Assembly (NCBI GenBank): GCA_963786615.1
Contig: CAWAZT010000023.1
Span: 184,118 to 248,117, forward strand
DNA: 64,000 nucleotides
Direction: 5' to 3'
From: an uncultured Acidobacteriota bacterium
GTDB taxonomy: Bacteria > Acidobacteriota > Vicinamibacteria > Vicinamibacterales > 2-12-FULL-66-21
In this document: positions 1-7,991 of the stretch, in pieces
Position numbering within the stretch: position 1 is the first letter of the stretch
Layout of the letters: each line of letters starts with the position of its first letter
Position numbers and translations under genes: made by a program
The notes under the pieces: model-generated
What the model was told of the DNA's origin: nothing
What the model saw: the letters and a program-made list of their open reading frames with translations, nothing else
The model's database searches: none

Positions 1-354
1 GGTGGCCGGCTGCGGACGCACTCCGGGCGAGGGTTGTGGCAGATCGAAACGTATCCTCAGCACACGCAGTTCGGCGATCCGCCGGGCGGCGTCATCGATC
101 CGGGAGGCCTTGGCCAGATCGTCGCCATCGATCCGAAACATCCGGCGTATCTGCCGACGCTGACCCTGTTCGACCTCCGCGTCGAGAAGTCGTTCAAAAT
201 GCCCGGCAGCCAGACCGTCCGGTTCATCGTCGATGGTTTCAATATCTTCAACACGTTCACGCCGACTGATGTGGACCCGACCTTCGAGTACGGCAAGGTC
301 ACGGCCATCCCCTCGTCACGCCGGTTCCGGTTCGGCGCGCGCTGGGAGTTCTAA
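1..354 (+). CDS. TonB-dependent receptor, C-terminal fragment (5' end outside window)
   Basis: The reading frame is open at the left edge. The tail ...FNIFNTFTPTDVDPTFEYGKVTAIPSSRRFRFGARWEF ends in the terminal aromatic residue typical of outer-membrane beta-barrels. Confidence 0.7.
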   Translation, partial: GGRLRTHSGRGLWQIETYPQHTQFGDPPGGVIDPGGLGQIVAIDPKHPAYLPTLTLFDLRVEKSFKMPGSQTVRFIVDGFNIFNTFTPTDVDPTFEYGKVTAIPSSRRFRFGARWEF

Positions 355-474
355 GAACGTCGCTGGCGGCTCTCGCCGTACTCGAACCTCCGCGGGGCGC
401 CCGGCGCCAGGGGGCTCACGGCGCCGCGTGCGGTGCGCATTGGTACGTGATGTATATTCCTGCTACGTAAAGCT

Positions 475-1140
475 TCACCCTCCAACCTGCGGATTGTTCG
501 CTGACCGGCGTTTGCGCGCGATGAGGGTGCCGATCAGGCCCGTGCCGAGCAGGAGCAGGCTCGCCGGTTCAGGCGTCGCGCCGAGTCGCGCCGACACGTC
601 GGTCGTCGCATTCGGCTCCAGCGTGAACGAGACCGGCTTGATTCCCCAAACAATGAACGGGTAGGCGCTCGACCCGGTGTGGGTCGCCCTCCATGGCTCG
701 CCCAACCCCAGCCTGAGGTCGGGGTGCCCGCCGGGCCCGAACCGCCCGCTCCAGCCGATGGTGTCGGCGACCGGCAGCGTCTGAACCAGCGACAGCGAGA
801 AGGTCAAGATCGGCCGCTGGGCCGGATTGCTCTGAGCGATGGGGAACACAAATCCATCCGGTGCCGTCATCGAGAACTCCCCGAGCGACGGCACGGCCTG
901 CAGGCGATTCGTCACGTTAATGGACGTGTTCACACCGGTGAACGTGATGGTGGCCGTGTCCGCACCCGATCCGATCGTGATCGAGTTGGTGCCTTCGCCG
1001 GTGCACGGGATGGACGCGAGGCACCCGACGAACGTACCGCTGGTGGCGAAGACCGTTGGAAAGACTATCGCGTCAGCTCGTGCGTTCTGAGACGAGAGGA
1101 GGAGCATTCCGGCGAGGCCGAGGCCGATTGGGGGCTTCAT
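475..1140 (-). CDS. PEP-CTERM sorting-domain secreted protein
   Basis: Signal peptide MKPPIGLGLAGMLLLSSQNARA. C-terminal PEP-CTERM anchor TPEPASLLLLGTGLIGTLIARKRR. Confidence 0.8.
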   Translation of the reverse strand: MKPPIGLGLAGMLLLSSQNARADAIVFPTVFATSGTFVGCLASIPCTGEGTNSITIGSGADTATITFTGVNTSINVTNRLQAVPSLGEFSMTAPDGFVFPIAQSNPAQRPILTFSLSLVQTLPVADTIGWSGRFGPGGHPDLRLGLGEPWRATHTGSSAYPFIVWGIKPVSFTLEPNATTDVSARLGATPEPASLLLLGTGLIGTLIARKRRSANNPQVGG

Positions 1141-1534
1141 ACAACCACCCTTCCTGTTGCCGCTGAGTTTTCTTCACGCCCAGACGATGCAGTGCTGGAA
1201 GCAAAGCAGACGCCACTGGACTCGCCGTTTGCTGGCGAGCCCGTTCACGCGAACGTCATGGCGTGACGGAAGGGGTTTTCCGGAAAGGGGTCGGAAACGT
1301 CCCAGTTTCGGAGGATCAGACGTCGCAGAGCGCGGCCGCCTCGCGGAGCCAGGTCAACGGATCGCGCATCGGCACGAACTCATGCGCCGTGCAGTCCTGG
1401 AGAGAGCTACCGGGCGCAAGACCCAGGTCGCCCTGCAATCGCCCGTCATCGAACAGTAAAGAACCGCCCGCATCCGTCAGACCAACTTGCCCGGACTTAC
1501 TTTGTACTGTAAAGTCCTTTGCATGGAGGTCTCG

Positions 1535-1825
1535 ATGGATGCCTCGCTGCTCAAACGGCCCAGTGCGATCATCCCGCTGACCATGTCGGCGGCCGCGCTC
1601 GCGGTCATCATCGGCTACGTGGCGATGTTCGGCACGGCTCGTCAGGCGGACGAGGGCACGGCGGCCCACCTGTGGCAACTCCTCATGGCCGGCCAGGTGC
1701 CCGTGATCGCGTTCTTTGCCATCAAGTGGCTGTCGATTGACCCCGGGCGCGCGCTGCCGGTTCTGGCGGTGCAAGTAGCCGCGGCGCTCGCCGCGGCGTT
1801 TCCGGTGTGGTGGTTCCAGTGGTAG
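1535..1825 (+). CDS. small integral membrane protein, hypothetical
   Basis: ATG at 1535 lies 5 nt after GGAGG (1525-1529). Three hydrophobic helices. Ends ...FPVWWFQW. Confidence 0.5.
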   Translation: MDASLLKRPSAIIPLTMSAAALAVIIGYVAMFGTARQADEGTAAHLWQLLMAGQVPVIAFFAIKWLSIDPGRALPVLAVQVAAALAAAFPVWWFQW

Positions 1826-1838
1826 GACGGATCGCCCG

Positions 1839-3497
1839 CTACCTGCCGCCCTGGACGACGCTGTAGCTCTGGCCGGCAATCGTCAGGACGCCGGTTCGGC
1901 TCGCTCCGGGGTTGGATGAGACCACGAACTGGAGCAGACCGTTTCCGGCGCCCGATTCGCCAGCAGTGATCCTGATCCAGTCGTTCGTGTTCGTCACCGT
2001 CCACGTACACGCGCCACCGTCTACGATCACCAGGACGTTGCCGTTGCCGCCATCCGCGTCGAACGGCGAGTAAGGCGGAGAGAACCTCCACGTGCACACG
2101 GAGGCCTGACGCACGGTCAAGACCTGACCCGCGACGGTAATCGAACCGCTCCGTGAAGGTCCGGTATTCGGCGCGGCGGTGAACGGCATCGGCCCGGGAC
2201 CGTTCCCGGACGGTGCTGGGACACTGAGCCAGCTGTCGGCGCTCGCGGCCGTCCAGCTGCAACCCGCCCCGGTCGTCACGGACACCGAACCCTGTGCGCC
2301 GGAGGCCGGAACATCCTGATCCGTCTGCCCGATGCTGAACGTGCAGCCGCCGGCCTGCGCGACGGTGATCGTTTGATCAGCGGCCGTCACGGATCCTTGA
2401 CGGCCAGGTCCGGTGTTTGCCGCGATCGCCAGCTGGATCGACCCGTTGCCGGTTCCCGACGCACTGCTGGTGATGGTGATCCATGGCGTGCCGGTGGCCG
2501 CCTGCCAGCTGCACCCCGCGGCCGTGGTCACCTGGATGCTGCTCGAGGTTGCGGCGGCGTTTGCGGTGATCGAGGTCGGGCTCGCCGATACCGTGCACCC
2601 GGACGCCTGTGTGACGGTCACTGTCTGACCGGCGACCTGCGCCGTCCCCGTCCGGGGAATGCCGGTCGAGGGAGCGACCGTCAACCGCGCACGCCCGGGT
2701 CCGCTGCCCGTTGCCCCGGCCGCGACGGTAATCCAGTCGACCGTGCTCGTGGCCGACCAGGAACAGCCGGCGCCCGTCTGCACGTTCACGTCGGTGCCAC
2801 CTCCCGACGCGGGAGTCGCGTAGGCCGTTGGGTCGATGCGGTAGTCGCATCCAACCGACTGCACCACGTTGACGGACAGCCCGGCGATCGACACGGTGCC
2901 GGTTCGTGGCGGTCCGTCACTCGGAGCCACCGTGAGCGTGACCGCGCCCGGACCGCGGCCGCTGGAGCCAGCTGGGATCGTGACCCACGGAACGCCGCTG
3001 GTCGCGGTCCACGTGCACTGCGCGCTGCTCGCGCTGACCTGTATCGTGCGCTCGCCTCCGCTCGGATCCAGTTGTTCAGTGGTGGACGACAGACGAAAGT
3101 CGCATGGCTTGCCATCCTGAGAAATCTGCATCCGCTGGTCGTTCACGACGAGTCCTGCCGTGCGCGTCGCAGGATCGTTGTTGGTGGCGACGCTGAACTG
3201 CACCGTTGCGTCGCCTTGCCCGGACGCGCCCGGGGACAGCGTGACCCATGCGGCCTCGCTCTTCGCCGTCCACGAGCATTCCCTGTTGGTCGTCACGTGA
3301 AGCGCGCTGGCGCCTCCTCCCTGCGGAAACGTCGCCCGCTCGAGCTGCGCCTGCACCTCGCACTTCGACGGCACCTGGGAAGGTCCGGTCGTCGTGGTCG
3401 TGGATGAGCCGCACGAGGTCACGGCAATAAGCAGACTGGCGCTACAAGAAAGCCACAGCGGTATCTCGGCGCGGCGATGGGAACAACCACCCGACAT
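1839..3497 (-). CDS. lipoprotein with six tandem BACON-like (Cys-framed all-beta) repeats
   Basis: Lipobox-like LIAVTSC after MSGGCSHRRAEIPLWL. Six units of about 84 aa each match C..(20-25)..GG....V......C.W(T/S)A.S...W(I/V)T(I/V)....SG.G.G.....V..N.G..R.G...(I/V)AGQ...V.Q. Confidence 0.8.
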   Translation of the reverse strand: MSGGCSHRRAEIPLWLSCSASLLIAVTSCGSSTTTTTGPSQVPSKCEVQAQLERATFPQGGGASALHVTTNRECSWTAKSEAAWVTLSPGASGQGDATVQFSVATNNDPATRTAGLVVNDQRMQISQDGKPCDFRLSSTTEQLDPSGGERTIQVSASSAQCTWTATSGVPWVTIPAGSSGRGPGAVTLTVAPSDGPPRTGTVSIAGLSVNVVQSVGCDYRIDPTAYATPASGGGTDVNVQTGAGCSWSATSTVDWITVAAGATGSGPGRARLTVAPSTGIPRTGTAQVAGQTVTVTQASGCTVSASPTSITANAAATSSSIQVTTAAGCSWQAATGTPWITITSSASGTGNGSIQLAIAANTGPGRQGSVTAADQTITVAQAGGCTFSIGQTDQDVPASGAQGSVSVTTGAGCSWTAASADSWLSVPAPSGNGPGPMPFTAAPNTGPSRSGSITVAGQVLTVRQASVCTWRFSPPYSPFDADGGNGNVLVIVDGGACTWTVTNTNDWIRITAGESGAGNGLLQFVVSSNPGASRTGVLTIAGQSYSVVQGGR

Positions 3498-3560
3498 CGG
3501 CACGGCAGGCCGTGGGTATCGGCTGCAATCTCGTTGCCGTAGCAGGGATCCCACGCCCGG

Positions 3561-4451
3561 TCACGGATGCTGCTGCTGCTCAGTCGACCGGGTGCCCCCC
3601 ATCAGCAGCAGCAGCCCGACAGCGAGAAGACCGACGGTTCCGGCGCGCAGGACGATGAGGTCGGGCGCCCGGACGAAATGCATGTATTTGAAGGCGTACT
3701 GGCCGAGGCTGTTGAGCGCGCCGTGCGCAAGCGAAACGATCCAGATGCTCTCCGTCATCGCCCACAACCATCCGAGGATCAGGCCGCCCGCGAACGTGCC
3801 GAGCGGCGCGACCAGCGCCAGTTGCTGCGGCGACACACCGTCGATGTGCTGGATGCCCGACAGGTAAAAGGGAATGTGCCAGAAGGCCCAGATGAGCGAC
3901 GTCACGGCTATCCCGCGACGGACACCCAGGCGGTTGGCGAGGCGCGGCTGCAGCCATGCCCGCCAGCCAACCTCCTCGAAGAGCGCCATTGCCGATACGA
4001 CGATGACCCCGACCAGGGCGTTGAGCGCCATGCGGACGACGAGGCCGCCGAACGTCAACGCGCCCCAGCCGCGATCGGGGGGCGAGTGATACAGACCGTC
4101 GGCCTGCGGCGTGAGCCAATCCGCCCAGGGAAGGTGGCCTTCGTAGGCGACGGCGACCGGAACCATCGCGACGTGCAACACGATGGGGAACAGGAGTAAT
4201 GCGAGCGGCACATACCTCACTGGCAGGCGGGTCCAATCGATCCGTAGCGGCTCGCTCTTCACTGAGCCCGCGATGAGTACCGCCACGGCTGGAATCGCCA
4301 TCGAGAGGAATCGCCAACCAGACAACGAGCTCTGAGAGCCTCCCGTGAGGCCAATCATCAGGCTCAAGGCCATCGACAGCGCGTATGCGATGCCGATGAA
4401 GACAAGAATCGCGGAACCGGTTCTTGAGGAGGCAAGCTTGCGCGCGGTCAT
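3561..4451 (-). CDS. CPBP family intramembrane glutamic endopeptidase (CAAX protease-like)
   Basis: Motifs FEEVGWRAWLQ, FWHIPFY and SLAHGALN in a polytopic membrane protein. I chose the start at MTARKLASS (ATG 4451) rather than the upstream ORF extension. Confidence 0.8.
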   Translation of the reverse strand: MTARKLASSRTGSAILVFIGIAYALSMALSLMIGLTGGSQSSLSGWRFLSMAIPAVAVLIAGSVKSEPLRIDWTRLPVRYVPLALLLFPIVLHVAMVPVAVAYEGHLPWADWLTPQADGLYHSPPDRGWGALTFGGLVVRMALNALVGVIVVSAMALFEEVGWRAWLQPRLANRLGVRRGIAVTSLIWAFWHIPFYLSGIQHIDGVSPQQLALVAPLGTFAGGLILGWLWAMTESIWIVSLAHGALNSLGQYAFKYMHFVRAPDLIVLRAGTVGLLAVGLLLLMGGTRSTEQQQHP

Positions 4452-4487
4452 GTGCGACGAACTCCGCGTATCATAGCCGCCGACGCG

Positions 4488-4859
4488 ATGCCGCTCGCCC
4501 ATCTCACCCTCGCGACACAGGACGTGGAACGGACCGCGTCGTTCCTCGAGCGAACGCTGGGGTATCCGAGGCTGGCCGTTCCCGGCAACGCTCCGACCGC
4601 CGTAGTGTGGCTCGACATCGGCCGCGGTCAGAGCTTGCACGTGCTCGATGTGGAGAGGTTCGAACCGTCGCCCTTCGAAGGAGAGTTCGGACGGCACGTC
4701 GCGGTCTTCCACCCTCGCGCGGATTTTGCACGTCTGAAAGAGCGTCTCCTCGCAGAAGGCGCGGTGCTGTTCGATCCGCTTCGCCCGACATCGTTCGAGC
4801 GGTTTTTCTTCCGCGAGCCCGTCAACGGCTACGTGTTCGAAGTCGTGGACGGCGATTGA
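4488..4859 (+). CDS. VOC (glyoxalase/bleomycin-resistance/dioxygenase) family protein
   Basis: MPLAHLTLATQDVERTASFLERTLG... and ...FFFREPVNGYVFEVV match the paired beta-alpha-beta-beta-beta VOC fold pattern. Confidence 0.7.
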   Translation: MPLAHLTLATQDVERTASFLERTLGYPRLAVPGNAPTAVVWLDIGRGQSLHVLDVERFEPSPFEGEFGRHVAVFHPRADFARLKERLLAEGAVLFDPLRPTSFERFFFREPVNGYVFEVVDGD

Positions 4860-4880
4860 CTCGCGCCATTCCGCCGTCGA

Positions 4881-5393
4881 TTACCTCCAGGGCTCGTCCG
4901 CCGTCGGCCCGTAGATCGACGGCACCTTGCCGTCCGCCATGCGGAGGTAGATCGAAAACTGCCCGCGATGATGGATCTGATCGCTCAGGATCATCCAGAG
5001 GAACTGCATCATCGGCACGTCGCCGAGGACCTTCGGACCTGTGTAGAATTGCACGGTCCCCGAGAATGTGTCGTCGGGCTGATCGCGAACCAGATCGGCC
5101 ACACGTTGCTGCCGGTTCTGAAACGTGTCGATAATCTCGTCAAAGGACCCGGGCACGGGCGGCAGCGATGGCGCCTGCGACCAATCGAGTCCAGTGGTCA
5201 GCGCTTTCTCCGTCAACATCTGCTCCACGACGAACATCCAGGCAAGCTCTCGTGCCGTCTTCGATTTGGGATGCGGGCGGAGGTCCACCTTGTCCCTGGG
5301 ATACGCACGCAGAACGCGCAAGGTCGTCTGCGTCTCCCGGGCATGTGAGTCGAGGAACTGCTGCCTGGCCGACGGCGTCGTCGTCGCTGTCAT
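4881..5393 (-). CDS. DinB family protein
   Basis: Four-helix DinB signature with ...ILSDQIHHRGQFSIYLRMADGKVPSIYGPTADEPW. Paralogous to the CDS at 51214-51714. Confidence 0.85.
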   Translation of the reverse strand: MTATTTPSARQQFLDSHARETQTTLRVLRAYPRDKVDLRPHPKSKTARELAWMFVVEQMLTEKALTTGLDWSQAPSLPPVPGSFDEIIDTFQNRQQRVADLVRDQPDDTFSGTVQFYTGPKVLGDVPMMQFLWMILSDQIHHRGQFSIYLRMADGKVPSIYGPTADEPWR

Positions 5394-5528
5394 CTCTGAT
5401 TCCTTTCAGCGGTGAATCGTGGCGAAGATCGGGTGAAGGCCACGCTGTTTCGCGGTGCGAATAGCGTGCGAATACTTGTACTTGCATTCGGGCGCGAGCG
5501 CGAAAAAGATGGTCGCGTGGAGCGTGCG

Positions 5529-5732
5529 ATGCCTGGTCCTACACTCTGCCCGTTCTGCCGATCGTCCCAGATTCGTCCGCGATTGCCGGTGCAGGATCTC
5601 GACGAATTCGAGTGCAAGTTGTGCGCGCGGACATGGCTTGTGGCACGGACCAAACGTCAGGCGCGCATCGTGGCCTTCCCTCCCGCATCCGAGCGCGCGC
5701 AGCGTCGGTCTGGCAACCTGTCCGGAAAATAA
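5529..5732 (+). CDS. small CxxC...CxxC zinc-ribbon protein (possibly a transposase zinc-ribbon remnant)
   Basis: MPGPTLCPFCRSSQIRPRLPVQDLDEFECKLCARTW. GGAG lies 6 nt upstream of the ATG. The ORF ends exactly where the IS481-like homology begins. Confidence 0.35.
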   Translation: MPGPTLCPFCRSSQIRPRLPVQDLDEFECKLCARTWLVARTKRQARIVAFPPASERAQRRSGNLSGK

Positions 5733-5734
5733 CA

Positions 5735-6285
5735 CTTTGGCGGCGCGCCTGGCGGTACTGGAGCAGTGCAGTGCGGTGACGACCGGCGTGCTCACCGAGC
5801 GGACGGCGAAGCCGACCCGCCATGTGGAGGCGGACCAGCCCGGCGATCTGCTCTCGCTGGACACGTTCTACGTCGGCAAACTGAAAGGCGTCGGTCGGAT
5901 CTGGCAGATCACCGGGTGCGATGTCGCCTCGTCGTTTGCGTGGGCGCGCCTGGTGCTGGGTGAGGTGACCGCGGCCGCCGTGCTCGCCTTCCTGCGCGAC
6001 GACGTGCGACCCACGTATCGCCACGCCGGCTGGCGCGTGCGTCGAGTGCTCACGGACAACGGGAAGGAATTCAAGGGCGCCTTCGCCGCCGGCTGCGAGC
6101 GCTTGCGGATTCGGGTGACGCGCACCAAGCCGCGCCACGCCTGGACGAACGGGTTCGTCGAACGGCTGCAGAAGACGATCCTGCACGAACATTGGCGCAT
6201 CGCCTTTCGCCGGCAGTACTTCACCAGCCGCCGATCGCTCCAACGCTCCGTGAATCGTCCGTCCGGCTCCACACGGAATGTGTGA
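5735..6285 (+). mobile_element. IS481-family transposase fragment (rve/DDE core only, truncated at both ends)
   Basis: ...RHVEADQPGDLLSLDTFYVGKLKGVGRIWQITGCDVASSFAWARL...VLTDNGKEFKG...TKPRHAWTNGFVERLQKTILHEHWRIAFRRQYFTS. The N-terminal HTH part and the last 60-70 aa are missing. I found no terminal inverted repeats. Confidence 0.75.
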
Positions 6286-6699
6286 AGCTCGTCGAATCCC
6301 TCGTCGAGCGCTGGCGGCACGAAACGCTTCGCGCACGCGAAGATCGCGACCTTCGGGACGCGACCCTTTCCTTCACGGCGCTCGTTGCGGGCGACGGCTT
6401 CGCGCGTCGTGGCCTCGATGTAGTAGCCCACCACGTGCGCGTGTTGTTCGTGGGCGATCTTGATAATCGAGGCGCGTTCGGCCCGCGAGGCATTCGTGTT
6501 GTCGACCGCCACCGAGACGCCGCGTCCGAGCATGCTGCGCACGAGCGCATCGTGCTGCTCCTGACGACGGGTGCTGGCAGGAAGAAGATCCTTGCTGACG
6601 ACTTCGTGCGTGGAGGCCAGCCGTTCGCGGTAGAAGGTGGACTTTCCGGACCCGGGAAGTCCCGACGAGGATCGCGCACTCCGCCGGCATGGCGACCAT
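6240..6699 (-). pseudogene. P-loop kinase (AAA_33 / polynucleotide-kinase-like), frameshifted in the Walker A region with its 3' end lost at the IS fragment
   Basis: MVAMPAECAILVG, then one extra base near 6660, then LPGSGKSTFYRERLASTHEVVSKDLL...VAVDNTNASRAERASII...HVVGYYIE. The frame then runs on without a stop, antisense into the transposase fragment. Confidence 0.65.
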
Positions 6700-6737
6700 T
6701 GTCGTGCACCGCCGGTGATTCGCGCACGCGCGCGGGA

Positions 6738-7043
6738 CTAAGTGACGTCGCTGTTGAGGCGATAGCGGCCGAGGCGCGCCAGCAGAGCGGCCTTCAGATC
6801 GGCCTCCGAGGTCGAGGACGTCAGGTCCACGTCGGCGTCAGCGACGGCATCGAGGAGCCCACGGATGAGCTGCGCCCGGCTGATCGCGGAGCCGTTTCGC
6901 GCGCGGATGCTGGCCGCGAGCCGATCGAGGAACACGATTTGTCGGTTGAACAGGACGACGGTCACCTTGGTCCAGGCTTCGTCGTGTACCGGGGGACGGC
7001 CGGGGCGTCGCGTGCGCGGCCCGGTGGCTCCTTTCCGCGGCAT
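6738..7043 (-). CDS. ribbon-helix-helix (CopG/Arc-like) DNA-binding protein
   Basis: Basic N-tail (GPRTRRPGRPP), then a beta strand KVTVVL plus two helices (QIVFLDRLAASIR / ISRAQLIRGLLDAV). Lies 39 nt upstream of the kinase on the same strand. Confidence 0.6.
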   Translation of the reverse strand: MPRKGATGPRTRRPGRPPVHDEAWTKVTVVLFNRQIVFLDRLAASIRARNGSAISRAQLIRGLLDAVADADVDLTSSTSEADLKAALLARLGRYRLNSDVT

Positions 7044-7142
7044 GGGGTCTCCGGAAAAAAGTGCAATCAGCCAATTCGTGCCGTCCTCAAATCGCAGCTG
7101 GACGGCGTTCGGCGAACAGGAAGGCTATTCAACACGAAGAAG

Positions 7143-7167
7143 GGGCAGGACTTCAAGGGCAGGACTT
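7143..7167. promoter_or_regulatory. 11-bp direct repeat GGGCAGGACTT x2 (14-bp period) in the divergent RHH / hypothetical promoter region
   Basis: Exact copies at 7143-7153 and 7157-7167, inside the only AT-richer stretch between the starts at 7043 (-) and 7268 (+). Confidence 0.3.
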
Positions 7168-7267
7168 ACATACCTCTTGGTGTTATTTCTTTCCATCCTG
7201 AATGTTGGCGTCGGTCCACGCCTTGACGTTCGCGTCACCGACGGATCACACTCGACGGACACATCGC

Positions 7268-7825
7268 ATGGGATTGTTCGGCTGGTTGAAGCGGTCCGGC
7301 AGCGCGGGAAACCATCGGATCGACGCATGGAGGCGCGAATGGGAGCGGGCCGCGGCGGCCGGAGACGCACACGCGGCCGCGTCGCTGCGTGCGGACCTCG
7401 AGGCACGTCCGCCGATGGCCGACGATGTCGAGATCGAGGAAGAGATGCTCGACGGCCTGGAACGGCTCGTCGCGCTCCTGGGCGAGCTGCAGGCGTCGCG
7501 GCTGCCATCCGTCGAGACGACGCACCGCGTGGTGGGGACGGACGTCTGTCACTACAGCGCGCCGGCCTCGATGCCGGAGGATCCGGCGCAGCCGAGCGGG
7601 CGGCTGCTGCTCACGGGCACGCGCGCCGTGTTCATCGGCGGCGCGAAGTTGACGGCCGTCCCCTGGCACATGGCGGCCCGGGCGCTGCACGGCGAGCGCG
7701 ATGTGCTGCTCGTCCGCGCCGATGGCAGCGCGGCCTACCGGTTCCGCTGTAACAGCTACGCCGACGCGCTGTGCGGCGCCGCGATCGCGCGTCATCTGAT
7801 TGACGCCGCGCGCCAGCGCCGCTAG
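7268..7825 (+). CDS. hypothetical protein with PH/GRAM-like C-terminal domain
   Basis: Start MGLFGWLKR. C-terminal ...SGRLLLTGTRAVFIGGAKLTAVPWHMAARALHGERDVLLVRADGSAAYRF resembles bacterial PH (YokE-like) domains. Confidence 0.5.
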   Translation: MGLFGWLKRSGSAGNHRIDAWRREWERAAAAGDAHAAASLRADLEARPPMADDVEIEEEMLDGLERLVALLGELQASRLPSVETTHRVVGTDVCHYSAPASMPEDPAQPSGRLLLTGTRAVFIGGAKLTAVPWHMAARALHGERDVLLVRADGSAAYRFRCNSYADALCGAAIARHLIDAARQRR

Positions 7826-7832
7826 CTCGCTC

Positions 7833-7975
7833 GGGGTCAGATCTCGATTTTTCAGGATCCGCCGGTCATTGCCCGATTCTGGGACGAATTGGGGTCAGAT
7901 CTCGATTTTCTAATCGGATCCCTAGACAAATGCGCAAGTCCGCGCAGTCGAAATAGAAAATCGAGATCTGACCCC
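7833..7975. repeat. intergenic repeat cluster: GGGGTCAGATCTCGATTTT(T/C) twice direct (7833, 7891) and once inverted (7956-7975)
   Basis: Read directly from the sequence. 7891-7910 and 7956-7975 are a perfect 20-bp inverted repeat around a 45-nt spacer (MITE/REP-like, 85 bp). Confidence 0.8.
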
Positions 7976-7991
7976 AGGGACGCGGCACGTT

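Noticed and set aside
1316-1480. Minus-strand peptide ..LLFDDGRLQGDLGLAPGSSLQDCTAHEFVPMRDPLTWLREAAALCDV* in the gap before the 1535 gene
   Set aside because: It reads like the C-terminus of a real protein, but there is no usable start codon or SD and no recognisable family. It is possibly a gene remnant, and the evidence is insufficient for a call.
5735-6285. Prophage or integrative-element integrase
   Set aside because: The rve/DDE core matches the IS481-type transposase pattern (..DTFYVGKLKGVG.., ..TDNGKEF.., ..WTNGFVER..), not a tyrosine or serine recombinase. No att-like repeats or phage genes are nearby.
7833-7975. Possible CRISPR array, also considered for the 9-mer arrays at 29115-29193 and 57651-57708
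   Set aside because: There are only 2-4 repeat copies. The units are 9-20 nt with no regularly sized unique spacers, one copy is inverted, and no cas genes are present in the window.
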